The notes beneath the pieces were generated by a model, which was not told where the DNA came from, did not search any database, and saw nothing but the letters and a program-made list of their open reading frames with translations. Shown here in pieces: positions 51,180 to 62,993 of a stretch of DNA of 64,000 nt (positions are counted from its first letter, which is position 1; the number at the start of each line of letters is the position of its first letter). Source of the stretch: Octopus bimaculoides (taxonomy: Eukaryota); NCBI RefSeq assembly GCF_001194135.2, contig NC_068984.1:76419012-76483011 (forward strand), read 5' to 3'. The translations under genes and the position numbers were made by a program.

Positions 51180-53318
51180 TACTCTCTCTTTCTGGTTGGC
51201 CTTGGGGCTATAGTAAAAGACACTTGCCCAAGGTACCATGCAGTGGCCCTGAATCCATGGCTACATGGTTTGAAAGCTTCTTAACAAAACAACTATGCCT
51301 GCACATGCACTCAGTAGCTGAATAGCTAAGTTTACTTAGTCTATTTCACAACCCTGATACCTGGGGTTTGGTCCCATTATATAGTATTTGGATTGATCTA
51401 TACCTTGTGCGATAAAGACAGTAGACAGAAATTGCATGGAAACCTGTTGGGTAGATTACCTAAGTCAAACTGTACAGTTTTGTTACTGTGTCATGTGGAT
51501 ATTGCCTAAGAATTGCATTATGGGTACATATGTCCATGGAAAGCTTAGCCACTTACTCATAAATTCAGGAACAGGTGTTTCAGTTGATATATATGTATAT
51601 GAGAGCAGAATAAAATAAAACTGTCAGTTCTCATTTAGCTCTGTCTGTTAGCAGAGATTGGCATATAACAATGGATTAAATTACTCTTTTTTTCTGAAGA
51701 TCTAGTAATTCAAGCTGATTATGCAAATATCTGTGCAACAATTACTGCACAATGTTCATGAAACACTTGTAAAGATTTTGTAATTTATGATATCATAAGA
51801 GTTTAACTAAATTTGTTTTATTTTACTCTCAGATGTTACACTCTTCAAATTATTCAAATATATAAAGTAGCAAAAAGAAATAAAAAACACACAAAAAGAT
51901 AGAAAACAGGACACATGTTTAATAATTGATTGAAGGTTGGATATACATTGATTTATATGGAATTCTAAGCCTTAGTTAACTGTACTATCTCATTTGAAAT
52001 AGCACTTTTTCAATATATATAAATGTGTGCTTGTGTGTGTATATAAGTACACATGAAAGAATAATTTCCTTTGATTTTGTAATTGAAAACGAAATATTTT
52101 AAAGTATGAACATTAAAACCACATCTTTTAACAAATAGATGAAATGTGCATTGTAGTTGTAGTATGGGGGCATTAATTGTAACAGCATGTTGCATCTACC
52201 ATTTGTTGGTGGTTTCCTACTCCTTACAGATGATATCTTTGCACCTATCAGGCAACAACCCTCCAACCCATGGGTACTCGTTGCTGGCAAATGTTTTACA
52301 AAGTTGAAGTGCAAATTCTACCTCGACCTCTTTTAGTTGCTTCTTATGGCATGCGGAGGAAACATTGGGTCTATTCTTTGACATGCCAGTCCCCACACAG
52401 CACTAGAACAATATGAAATGAAGTGTTTTGCTCAAGAATAAAACGTCACCTGGTCCAGATATTGAACCCATGACCTGGCAATTGAGAGTGCAACACTCCA
52501 ACCACTAGGCCACAAGCCTTCACTAGCCATGCACATTGTATTCATAGAAAATTATTTTGCTTGCACAATTTGTCTAAAAATTGGGTAGTTAATAAATTTT
52601 TATCATTTGTAATGTATAAAGTAAAGGTAAATGAAAGAATACCTAAGATATGTAATGCTAATTTTCTTATTTCAGTTACACTGTAATTTCATAGTGGAAA
52701 CAATTTTGTCTTGGATAAAAATAAAATGAAAACAAAACAAAAATTGGAAACTTAATAGAGAATTTATTATATATTTTTATATTTAGAGAGAGAAGTTAAT
52801 TTTGGATTGATTACTTTTTGTTTGATTATCATTACCATTTTCTTTCTTTTTCATAGCAGAAACAAAAATCTTAGCTGAGTTAATAACCAAAAATAAATAT
52901 GAAGCAGAAATTGATATTTTGGTTAGATAAATATTTGATTACAGACTAATCTTCGCTCATATTTCTTGTGTAAAGACTTGAAATTTTAAATACATGCTCT
53001 GATACTGTACTGATTAAAAAATTTTGTTTTATGTTACTGTTTAAAATGGGTTTGTAGTCTAGTTTTCTGTTAGCAGTTTAGTTGACTTAGTCTATTGCCA
53101 GCTTAGTAATGGTGTTGATAAAGGTTTATTACAAAATGGGTTGAAGGCCATATTTTATGTTGTTTATCTTATATTCATAGGAAGTTTACTATGTAATATT
53201 TTATTCTGAACTCTAGCATCCATTCTATTTTTTCATATATAGTTTATCTAGGACTACATAATGCATAGTGCCTCTAAAATTGTAGTGAAATGTGATGGGG
53301 TTGAATGATAGCGTAGAG

Positions 53319-53569
53319 CAATGGTTCTCTGCCAGGATCCATATGACCCTTGGGATCCGTATAAGATCTTGTTGAAATTTATGTGCAATAAAATGGTTGC
53401 TTTTCTACAATACATAAAACATTTAAACATTTTTGTACAATTCCTAATAATATTTCGTCATAAAAATATAATAGGTTTCTTTAGACATCGAATGGCTATG
53501 AGGCCAGCGCTTCCTCAGTAAAATAGAAATCAAAGGGGTACATAGGCAAAAAATAGTTGAGAACCACTG
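53319..53569 (-). mobile_element. hAT-like MITE (251 bp)
   Basis: TIRs CAATGGTTCTC / GAGAACCACTG. 8-bp flanks GCGTAGAG and GTGTAGAA (6/8 match), consistent with a decayed hAT TSD. Confidence 0.7.
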
Positions 53570-55181
53570 GTGTAGAAGCTCCCCACTATAGTGCTTCTTG
53601 TTTTCATTATTTGTAAGAAGAGCTGCTAATCTTGGATATTCATAAAAATTAAGCTATAAACTGATGTACCATCTGGATGTATAACACATCCATTCTACTT
53701 GATTTTCTCACTGTACTTACAATATTTTGATTGCTGTTAATTGTATTTTTCTTGTTTAAAAATGAAGACCTATGTAGAATGTAGTCATATTTGCATCTAA
53801 GTATCATATATTATAGTTTAAAATAATTTAAAAAAATTATATTCTCTAATATTGATTTTTCAAGGTTTTATTTCTTTTATATTCTAATTTTTGTGCCAAA
53901 CTAATGTAGATGACTTGGAATAAAAATCTTTTACTTGTAAAACAGGTAAAGGTTAGCTATAAGAGGAGCAGCTAGCTGTAAAATATTGCATCAGATAAGT
54001 ATCCGTCCAACCTAAGCCAGCATAGAAAAATGAACATAAAACAAATGAATAAAGCTATATGAACATATTAATAAAGAGCCAATTGCAGTTTTTGACTGAC
54101 AAGAGAAAGATTTAAAATCCAGCTTCCCAGTCATAATACTAGCTAGATAAATTGTCAGGTGATACAAGACAAATTAAATATTTTTGTGTTGGTCTACATT
54201 GATAGTTGGTGAGCATAGACAGTTTGGAAGTGGAAGAAGTGGTTTGTAGTGAGAGAGAAGAAAAGTCTTGGAGAATATTTCCTCAAAACCAATTTATTAA
54301 ACTTTTGAACAGTTTATAAATACTAAATATTTTTGTGTTTCTGGGGAAGATATCTTTAAAAAATTTTGCTTAACAGTTTTCTCAGAAGTAATTAGTATTC
54401 AAAATCAATATTCTAGTTTTGAATATTTTGTTACCATATTTGAAATATATTGTCTATGCATATTTGCTTCAGTTAATTTTGAAAATAATGAAGAATTCAT
54501 TAAATTTTGTCATTATTAAGATGATGTTTAGAATATAAATTAACATGAAAATTTGATGGAAGGTTTTATTTTAGATAACAGGGAATTTGTATCATAGAGT
54601 CATGGGTAGCTGCTGGCAGGTTGGTATATGAGAGGTTAAACATTGCATCCAGTTTTTACCTGTATTCTTTTATTCATTTATTGGGCACCACCCTCAAGGG
54701 TTGAGTTGACCATATTAAGTCCATTATTTATTTCAGTCTGGCATTTATCAGTCAATATTTGCTGAACTCTTCAGTTATAAGACATAAAGGGACACAAACT
54801 ACATATGTTTTTATACCATAAACATAATCTTACACACACACACACACACACACACGCACTTCTGAACATTTTCTGTCTCTATATTGATGGCTTGCATTTA
54901 TTATGCTTTATAACATATCAGGCTTAGTACTCTATTTTGGTTTGTGGTGAGAAAATAAATGGGGGCTACGTAAAATTGAGAGGGCAATTTAATCTTATCT
55001 TTTACTTGTTTCTGTCATTAGACTGGGCACTGACTTGAAGGGCTTTTAGTTGAATAAATCAACTCCAGTACTTGTAATTTTTAAGTATGTCTCTTTTTGC
55101 TGAACTGTTTAGTTATAGGAGTCTAAATTAACCAACATCAGTTGTTAAGCAGTGTTGGGGTACAAGCACAGAGACAAAGAG

Positions 55182-56056
55182 ATCATCATCATCATCATCA
55201 TCATCGTTTAACGTCCGCTTTCCATGCTAGCATGGGTTGGACGATTTGACTGAGGACTGGTGAAACCGGATGGCAACACCAGGCTCCAGTCTGATTTGGC
55301 AGAGTTTCTACAGCTGGATGCCCTTCCTAACGCCAACCACTCAGAGAGTGTAGTGGGTGCTTTTACGTGTCACCCGCACGAAAACGGCCACGCTCGAAAT
55401 GGTGTCTTTTATGTGCCNNNNNNNNNNNNNNNNNNNNNNNNNNNNNNNNNNNNNNNNNNNNNNNNNNNNNNNNNNNNNNNNNNNNNNNNNNNNNNNNNNN
55501 NNNNNNNNNNNNNNNNNNNNNNNNNNNNNNNNNNNNNNNNNNNNNNNNNNNNNNNNNNNNNNNNNNNNNNNNNNNNNNNNNNNNNNNNNNNNNNNNNNNN
55601 NNNNNNNNNNNNNNNNNNNNNNNNNNNNNNNNNNNNNNNNNNNNNNNNNNNNNNNNNNNNNNNNNNNNNNNNNNNNNNNNNNNNNNNNNNNNNNNNNNNN
55701 NNNNNNNNNNNNNNNNNNNNNNNNNNNNNNNNNNNNNNNNNNNNNNAGGTCTTCCTGGGCCTACCTCTTCCACGGGTTCCCTCAACTGTTAGGGTGTGGC
55801 ACTTTTTCACGCAGCTATCCTCCTCCATTCTCACCACATGTCCATACCAGCGCAATCGTCTCTCTTTCACGCCACAACTGATGCTTCTAATGTTCAGCTT
55901 TTCTCTCAAGATACTTACACTCTGACGGGTATTCACATTGACATTACACATCCAACGGAGCATACTGGCTTCATTCCTTGCGAGCTTACGTATGTCCTCA
56001 GCAGTTACAGCCCATGTTTCACTGCCATGTAGCATGGTTGTTCGTACGCATGCGTC
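55182..56056 (-). mobile_element. Young 5'-truncated RTE LINE, copy 2 (contains an N-gap)
   Basis: MLHGSETWAVTAEDIRKLARNEASMLRWMCNV...RRLRWYGHVV. I see no differences from 47557-48275 where both are sequenced. Confidence 0.92.
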
Positions 56057-56204
56057 GCATATATATATATATCATCCTTATTTAACCTCCGTTTTCCAAG
56101 CTGGCATAGGTTGGACGGGAGCTGCACTTGGCTCCATTGTCTGTTTTGGTATAGTTTCTAGAGCTGGATGTCCTTCCTAATGCCAACCACATTGCATCTA
56201 ATTC

Positions 56205-57270
56205 CTGTTATGCCCAACTTTTCTCTCAATATCCTAGCACTCTGTCATGCATGTACACTGACATTGCACATCCAGCAAAGCATACTAGCTTCATTCCTTT
56301 CTAGTCCTTGCAACTCTGCATTCAAAGCCCATGCTCCACTACCATGTAGTATTGTTGTTTATACAATTGAAATCGAAAATTGAACCAAATTCATTGACTG
56401 GCACCCATGCCAACCTTCCTTCATTGGACACTAAACTCAGCTTGCGAAGACTTGTTGGGGCAAGTGAGATCGAAACTGAACCAAATTCGATGACTTGGCA
56501 CTCGTGCCACTGGAGCTTTCATGCCGTTGGCACGTGAAAAGCACCATTTGAGCGCGATCGTGTCCAGCTTTGCCTTACTGGCACTCGTGCTGGTGGCATG
56601 TGAACAAAATATTGGACTGACTCCTGTGCAGGTGGCACGTAAAAAACACCATTTGAGCGTGGTCGTTGCCAGTACCGCCAGACTGACCCTCATGCTGGTG
56701 GCACGTAAAAAGCACCCACTACACTCTCAGAGTGGTTGGCGTTAGGAAGGGCATACAGCTGTAGAAACTCTGCCAGATGAGATTGGAGTCTGGTGTAGCC
56801 ATCTGGTTCACCAGTCCCCAGTCAAATCGTCCAACCCATGCTAGCATGGAAAGCGGACGTTAAATGATGATGATGATGATGGCAGTGCGTCATATATCCT
56901 TTCTTTCACTCAGAGAGAAAGAGACCTTTGGTTGCCAACAGTTAAAAGCTTTTAGAACTTTCTGCATCCTATTCCTATTCTAGCAATTACACTTTTGGTA
57001 CATCCTCCTCCACTGCTTATTAGGTCACATAGGTAGCAGAAATTATCTACTACTTCTAAAGAGCCTCCAGGGCATACGAGAAACTTCCTGTGTATCTGTA
57101 GGGTTTATGACTCCTGTGCATCTTCCTCATACAAACACTATTTTCTGTTAAATTTCCTTTTATTCCACTGCACCTCTTGTGTCTCCATAGCTTGCACTGG
57201 GTACACCATGTGGAATACCTGCCTACACCTTTCCTACATATTCAGTAGGGCCATTTACCTGAATGGGGTA
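56205..57270 (-). mobile_element. Older RTE fragment split by a plus-strand RTE 3'UTR insertion (about 56355-56880)
   Basis: Minus strand gives GKWPY.ICRKGVGR...CTQCKLW.HKRCSG...VVDNFCYL (56885-57270) and LHGSGAWALN (56205-56350), with a (GAT)n-tailed element between them. Confidence 0.75.
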
Positions 57271-57799
57271 GGGTCCTGTTTTTATATATATATATATTTA
57301 TTTACACACACACATACAATGGCTTCTACACAGATTTTGTGTACCAAATTAAGTCACCAAGTGATTGGTTGACCTGGGGCTGTACTAAAAGACGCTTGCC
57401 CAAGGTGCCATGCAGCGTGACTGAACCTGAAACCACATGGTTGTAAAGTAAGCTTTCTAACTGCACAGTCTGCACCTATATCTTGTTGAAGATATGATAA
57501 ATTCTCTAATGTTGGTGCTCCAATAAAATGCAGCCAGTACTTTCTGTAAGGTGATTGGTGATAGGAAACGAAGTCTAGCTGTAGAAATCAAGGCAAAAAT
57601 ACTATTTTATGAATGAGCAAGACATGGTTCTCCAACTTGTCTAGGAGATAAGTAACTTCAAATAAGAATTGACTTGATCTGTGACAACCAGTCTGACTCA
57701 TGCCAACAAAAAAAAATGAATGTAAAATGGCTGTATTGATGATAGTGCCTATTATTAGTATACATGAGCTGCCTGGTGACATTCAACTATTTAGTTCAT

Positions 57800-57975
57800 T
57801 ATTTCTTTACTGCCCACAAGGGACTACACACAGAGGGGACAGACAAACGGATTAAGTCGATGCTGGTACTTATTTACTCGACCTCGGCAGAATTTGAACT
57901 CAGAACATAGCGGCAGATGAGATACCGCTAAGCATTTCGCCCGGCGTGCTAATGTTTCTGCCAGCTCGCCGCCTT
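57800..57975 (-). mobile_element. SINE family B, well-preserved head, internally deleted
   Basis: GGCGGCGAGCTGGCAGAAACATTAGCACGCCGGGCGAAATGCTTAGCGG...GTTCTGAGTTCAAATTCTGCCGAGGTCGAG. Confidence 0.75.
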
Positions 57976-58247
57976 TTATCAACTATTTAGTTTCTCTGCT
58001 TCTGGTCTTTTTCTTGAGAGAATTTGGTTTAATATTTGCAAATACTTTATATATTTCGTATGCATACATTTGCAGTAGAGAAAGCATTTTATTGGAAGAT
58101 AACCAACCTTGAAATATTATCATTGCATAAGATTGTGAGCTTGTCTGAAATATTTTATGAAAGTGTATACTAACCATATGAAAACAGAATCTTTAAGAAT
58201 ATGAAAATGTTGAAATTCAAATGTTCATTTCTTTTTTCTCATTTCAG

Positions 58248-58541
58248 CACATTTCAATTATAAGGTCTGGTTTCCCATTGGCAACCGCCGAAAAGGGTTA
58301 AAACATCAACGACTGAAAGCGTGAAGATTAAAAAAAAAAGAAGTGCCCAATCCTCAAAAACTAGCACACACTGCACATCTGAGGATTGTCAGGAGTCTCC
58401 AGTAGATAAAGGAAGGCTTCGACTGGGATAGAAAGACAAATAATTACTTACTACTGTCTGCCTGTCCTCTTTGAAAGAATCAACATCACTTTTGGCAAAA
58501 CAATGTCTAACTCAAGGAAAACAACTAGTCCTCAGTGGAAG
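58248..58541 (+). other. CSDE1: CSDE1 exon with 255 nt of ATG-free 5'UTR followed by the start codon
   Basis: Acceptor TTTCTTTTTTCTCATTTCAG ends at 58247. No ATG occurs between 58248 and 58502. Donor AAG|GTTAGT at 58542. Confidence 0.75.
58503..58541 (+). CDS. CSDE1: CSDE1/UNR first coding segment, MSNSRKTTSPQWK
   Basis: ATG in context AAACAATGT, 13 codons, phase-0 donor. Splices in frame to 60390 to give SPQWK|NFQPP, resembling the N-terminal PQWKNFQPP motif I recall from invertebrate UNR proteins. Confidence 0.8.
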
Positions 58542-59969
58542 GTTAGTCAAACTACCTCTCCAAACAGTTTTTTCACCTTTTTTATATTCCTCTCTCTCGT
58601 GCTCTCTCTCACTCACACACTGTTTTGACTATTTTTTCTTGATTTAACCCTTTAACCATGAAATTAAATGTCATGTTAAATATCTACTGAAAAATATAAT
58701 TGATACTTTCAGCAAGTCATGTTGTCTTAGTAAACTTAATGTATCTCAATAGAACATAGTTTCAAGCATGACATTCCTTAACAAAAGATAGATTGGTATA
58801 TAAAATTGCTTTCTGCAGTTAAGCGTAATGAAATTTTGAGTGGACATATCTGATATCTGCTGTAAAATATTTAATGTTAATCTTCAGTGTATGATAACAG
58901 ATGGATTAGAATTTGAGATCAATTGATAACCTTTTAGAACATTTCTACCACATTAAGGAACTTAACAGATTCATGAGCCAGTAAGCAACAGTCTCTATGA
59001 GATTGCTTGACATGCTAGAAATGGAAGCAAATTCTTATTCAAACCACTGTATTGTCTTAAAAAAGGACACAGGATAATGCAGTTAGGAGTACATATAGAA
59101 TTTATCCTGAGTACACTGTTCTTGAAAAAAAAATCCTGGATGGTCAAGGTTTGAATGTCTTTGAGCTTAGATGAGGTTGAAATGGTGCTAAACAATAATT
59201 CTTTGTATTGGAAATGTCATTAATTGGTTAAAAAATTTATACACTGTCTGGAATATCCCTATTAATGAAACCTGATATTGAAAATAGTTTTCTGGCATTG
59301 CAATTACTGTTGATGGTAGGATGGAGCATGTTTATGGTTAATAAAGGGATTCTCTAATTTTTCATAGCATGTAGAAAGGAAATATTTTGTATTGTAATAG
59401 TATCCAGTATAATTAAAAATGAAATAGTTTCTCTTAATATTATTCATCAATGTTTGTAAAACCATTTTTGTGAGCTATTGAGGGCACTATTGAGTGGTCA
59501 ATCCAAATTTCCCTCAAATTGCATGCTACTCTTTTGGAAAAGTAGGCACACATTGGATATGCAAGCTCCAGAGAAAGCTAGGATACTTATAGCAGCATTA
59601 TTCCATCTTTGTTCATAAGTTGGTTCACTCTGGGCTGACTTGGGGTTAATTATCAACAACAATTTTTGTGAATGAAAATCATTTATTTCTCTATATTATC
59701 ACAATTTCTTGGACATCTGCTGAAGAAAATTTCCTAAATTTAAGTTCTAAACATTCTTCTGTTATGTGTCTGAAATGGAGTGTAGCATATCTGTGAAGTA
59801 TGTATATTGACAAGGTATGACCTGCCACAACCATGGGAAAAAAAATTAACCTTATTTTTTTTCTCTTGAATGTACAATTCTATCATAGTAGTTCTTTTGG
59901 TTATGTGTTAGGGAAATGGTTCAGTAGTTGAGCTGTTCATTGACACACCGTCTCATTAGTTCATTTTGT

Positions 59970-60093
59970 GAGATCTGAGTAGAAGCTACTTATTAGAAAT
60001 GATTTTGTTCAATCCTAGATAAAACTGATTAGAGATCTGAGTAGAGTCTACTTATTAGAAATGATTTTGTTCAATCCTAGATAGGACTGATTA
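59970..60093 (+). repeat. Two-copy tandem duplication, 62-bp period
   Basis: GAGATCTGAGTAGA..CTACTTATTAGAAATGATTTTGTTCAATCCTAGATA..ACTGATTA repeats from 59970 and 60032. Confidence 0.9.
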
Positions 60094-60389
60094 AGTAGAT
60101 CTATAATCAAAGGCATTCTAGTCATGACCATCCTGTCTTTTATTTAGAAACTGATTATCTTGGATGCATTATTCTGTGTTCTTTATTATGATAATAGGGT
60201 ATGATTGGAGATTTTGCTGCTGTTTCTAGTAGTTTGTGTAGCCATATGGAGCTTCCTTCTATAGCTCTACAGCTCTTTAGAAATTACATAATATGATACA
60301 GTAGTGTGAAAGAAAGCCTGTTAAATGAAGAAGGATAAATTTATGGATTAAAACTTCATATAAAATGTCCTTTTCATTTTCTATTGCAG

Positions 60390-60524
60390 AATTTCCAGCC
60401 GCCAGCTCAGAATCCCTCCATTCTTTATAGCCAGAGAACACCAACTACAAACAATTCAATTGCTACTTCACCTAACGGCACAAGTAATGGAGTTCGACAA
60501 ACTGGCTTTGTGGAAAAATTACTG
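60390..60524 (+). CDS. CSDE1: CSDE1 exon, NFQPPAQNPSILYSQRTPTTNNSIATSPNGTSNGVRQTGFVEKLL (start of cold-shock domain 1)
   Basis: Acceptor TTTTCTATTGCAG, donor CTG|GTAAGT, 135 nt. RQTGFVEKLL matches human RETGVIEKLL. Confidence 0.95.
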
Positions 60525-60561
60525 GTAAGTATTAATTTATACCTCTTTAAACTTTATTTAG

Positions 60562-60955
60562 GTGCAGGAATGGCTGTGTGACAAGAACCTTGCTTCCCAA
60601 CCACATGGTTCCTGGTTCAATCTCACTGCTTGGCACCTTGGGCAAGTGTATTCTACTATAGTATTCAGTTGGTCAAAGTACCTTGTGAGTGGATTTGGTA
60701 GATGGAAACTGAAAGAAGCCTGTTGTATGTGTGTGATTGTTTCTGTTTGTCCCCCACCACTGCTTGACAACCAGTGTTGGTGTGTTTGCATCCCTGTAAC
60801 TTAGTGGTTCACCAAAAAAAAAAAACCCCAAAAAAAACGATAAAATAAGTACCAGGCTTAAAAAGAAAGAAGTTCTGGAGGTCGATTCGTTTGACTAAAA
60901 ATTCTTCAAGGCCCCAGCATGGCTGTAGTCTAATGACTGAAACAAGTAAAAGAGC
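60562..60955 (+). mobile_element. tRNA-derived SINE family A, near full length, CpG-decayed
   Basis: Same family. Partial copies also at about 1715-1870, 2480-2610, 21890-21990, 23120-23260, 23900-24065, 46310-46470, 51190-51305, 57300-57480 and 61480-61640. Confidence 0.8.
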
Positions 60956-61434
60956 ACCCTGTATTGAACATTTGATTCAATTTTTCAAGAATTACGACTG
61001 TCGGTAATATCTTCCTGAACATCAAAGTGTAAAAGTTGGATTTGAATTAATCATTAATCTGGAAGGAATTGGATACAAAACTGTATGAAAAGTTTAACAA
61101 TAATCAAACAGAAGCATGATTATTTAGGTACAAAATGTATGAAAGAGTACCTATATTTAGGTATAATATTTAAAATAACTTTCAGGAGAGAAACGATCTA
61201 AAGTGCAGTTGGGTCATATACTCAAATAGTTGAACACAACTATTTGTTTCTTGGGTGCAAGCATTTGGATCTAGTGTTTTATTTCCATGCTAGCGTGGCT
61301 TACATGAGAATTGATTTGGTGACTGGATTCTTTTAGGTAAGGGATATTTTACATTCCACAGGTCTTAATATTAACAAGGAACATCAACATCACCACCACC
61401 ACCACCACACTCAGACAGTAAGAAGTGAAATATC

Positions 61435-61481
<47 letters not shown>

Positions 61482-62993
61482 TGGGCTTAGTACAGTTTCC
61501 ATCGACCAAATTTATTCACAAGGCATTAGTTAGACTATAGTAGAAGATAACATGCCCAAGGTGCTGTGCAGTGGCACTGAACCCCAAACCATTTGTTTGC
61601 AAAGTAAACTTCTTACCTACTTTGCCATGTCTGCACTGTGACTGTATGTTTAAAAAACAAAAATGTCTTCCATCCTCTCAGTCAATGCAGATCACTTCAA
61701 ATTTCTGGTTATTTCATTAAACCAACTGTAAGTCAGAGGTGGGGGTGGGGTTCTGTTGGCAAAAGCTTACTTTTAGTAATTTATTTGGCATTGTTTTAGA
61801 TCCTTATATAGACTGGAATTTCCCCATCTTAAATGTATTTTACTTGTACTAAACCACGTCCTCTATGCATTCTTATATCATATATTTGTAAACTAAGGCT
61901 ATAAATACTTGTCTTTTCTGCAGTAGTTGGCAGACTATTATGCTTTTCATTATGAATTTAGATTTGATTTGTAAATATCTACATTTATAAATTTTTACTT
62001 GAATTTAGCTCCCCCCCTCTCTTTCCCTCTCTCTCTCCCTCCCTCTCTCTCTCTCTCTTTATCATTGTGGTGGTGATGGTGGTGGAACATTGGCAAAAAT
62101 AGTTGATGCTAGACTTAGAGGGTCTTGCAGTGTTTATGGACAGAAAATGATGAGGTGATTGGAGAATAAATGTATAATTATTGCTTTAAAATAAGATTAA
62201 ATTATATTTCAAGAGAAGATGTAATGTTTCGGGTAGAACCCTTCTTCAAATATTATTTGCTATTTTTTTTCCCTTTTTTGCTATTATAGATGATTACTAG
62301 TTTAATTTTTTCCTTGTTGTTGTTGCTTAAGGCAGTAAGAAGGCAGAATGATTAGCATGCTGGACAAAATATTTAGCGGCATTTTGTCAGTGTTTACATT
62401 CTGAGCTCACATTCTTCCGAGGTTGACTTTGCCTTCCGTCATCACAGGGTTCATAAAATAAGAACCAGTCAAGTATGGGGTTGATGTAATTGACTTCCCC
62501 TCCATTCAAAAACTGTTGGCTCTGTGCCAAAGTTAGTAACCATTATTGTTGTTGTTTAGCTTCAGGTTAGCTCTGATTGAATAGACCTATGAATAAAAGT
62601 GTTCTAGCTGTGAGCATCCTCTTTATTTTTCTCCTTTTTTTTCTTTTTTTGCGAGATATCATCATCGTTGTTTAACATCTGCTTTCCATGCTGGCATGGG
62701 TTGGACAGTTTGATCGAGGACTGGTGAGCCAGAAGGCTGCACCAGGCTCCAGTCTGATCTGGCAAAGTTTCTACAGCTGGATGCCCTTCCTAATGCCAGC
62801 CACTCTGAGAGTGTAGTGGGTGCTTTTACATGCCACCGGCACCGATTTGAGGGAAATTTGGCTGCTATTTTTTAGAAGTTAACATACCGTTCAGAGACTC
62901 CTTCATCAGTTTGTTTAGTGGAAAATAATTGTTGAGGATAGCAACATATATAACAAATTAATTAAGTTTTATAATTTTTGCATCAATGTTTAA

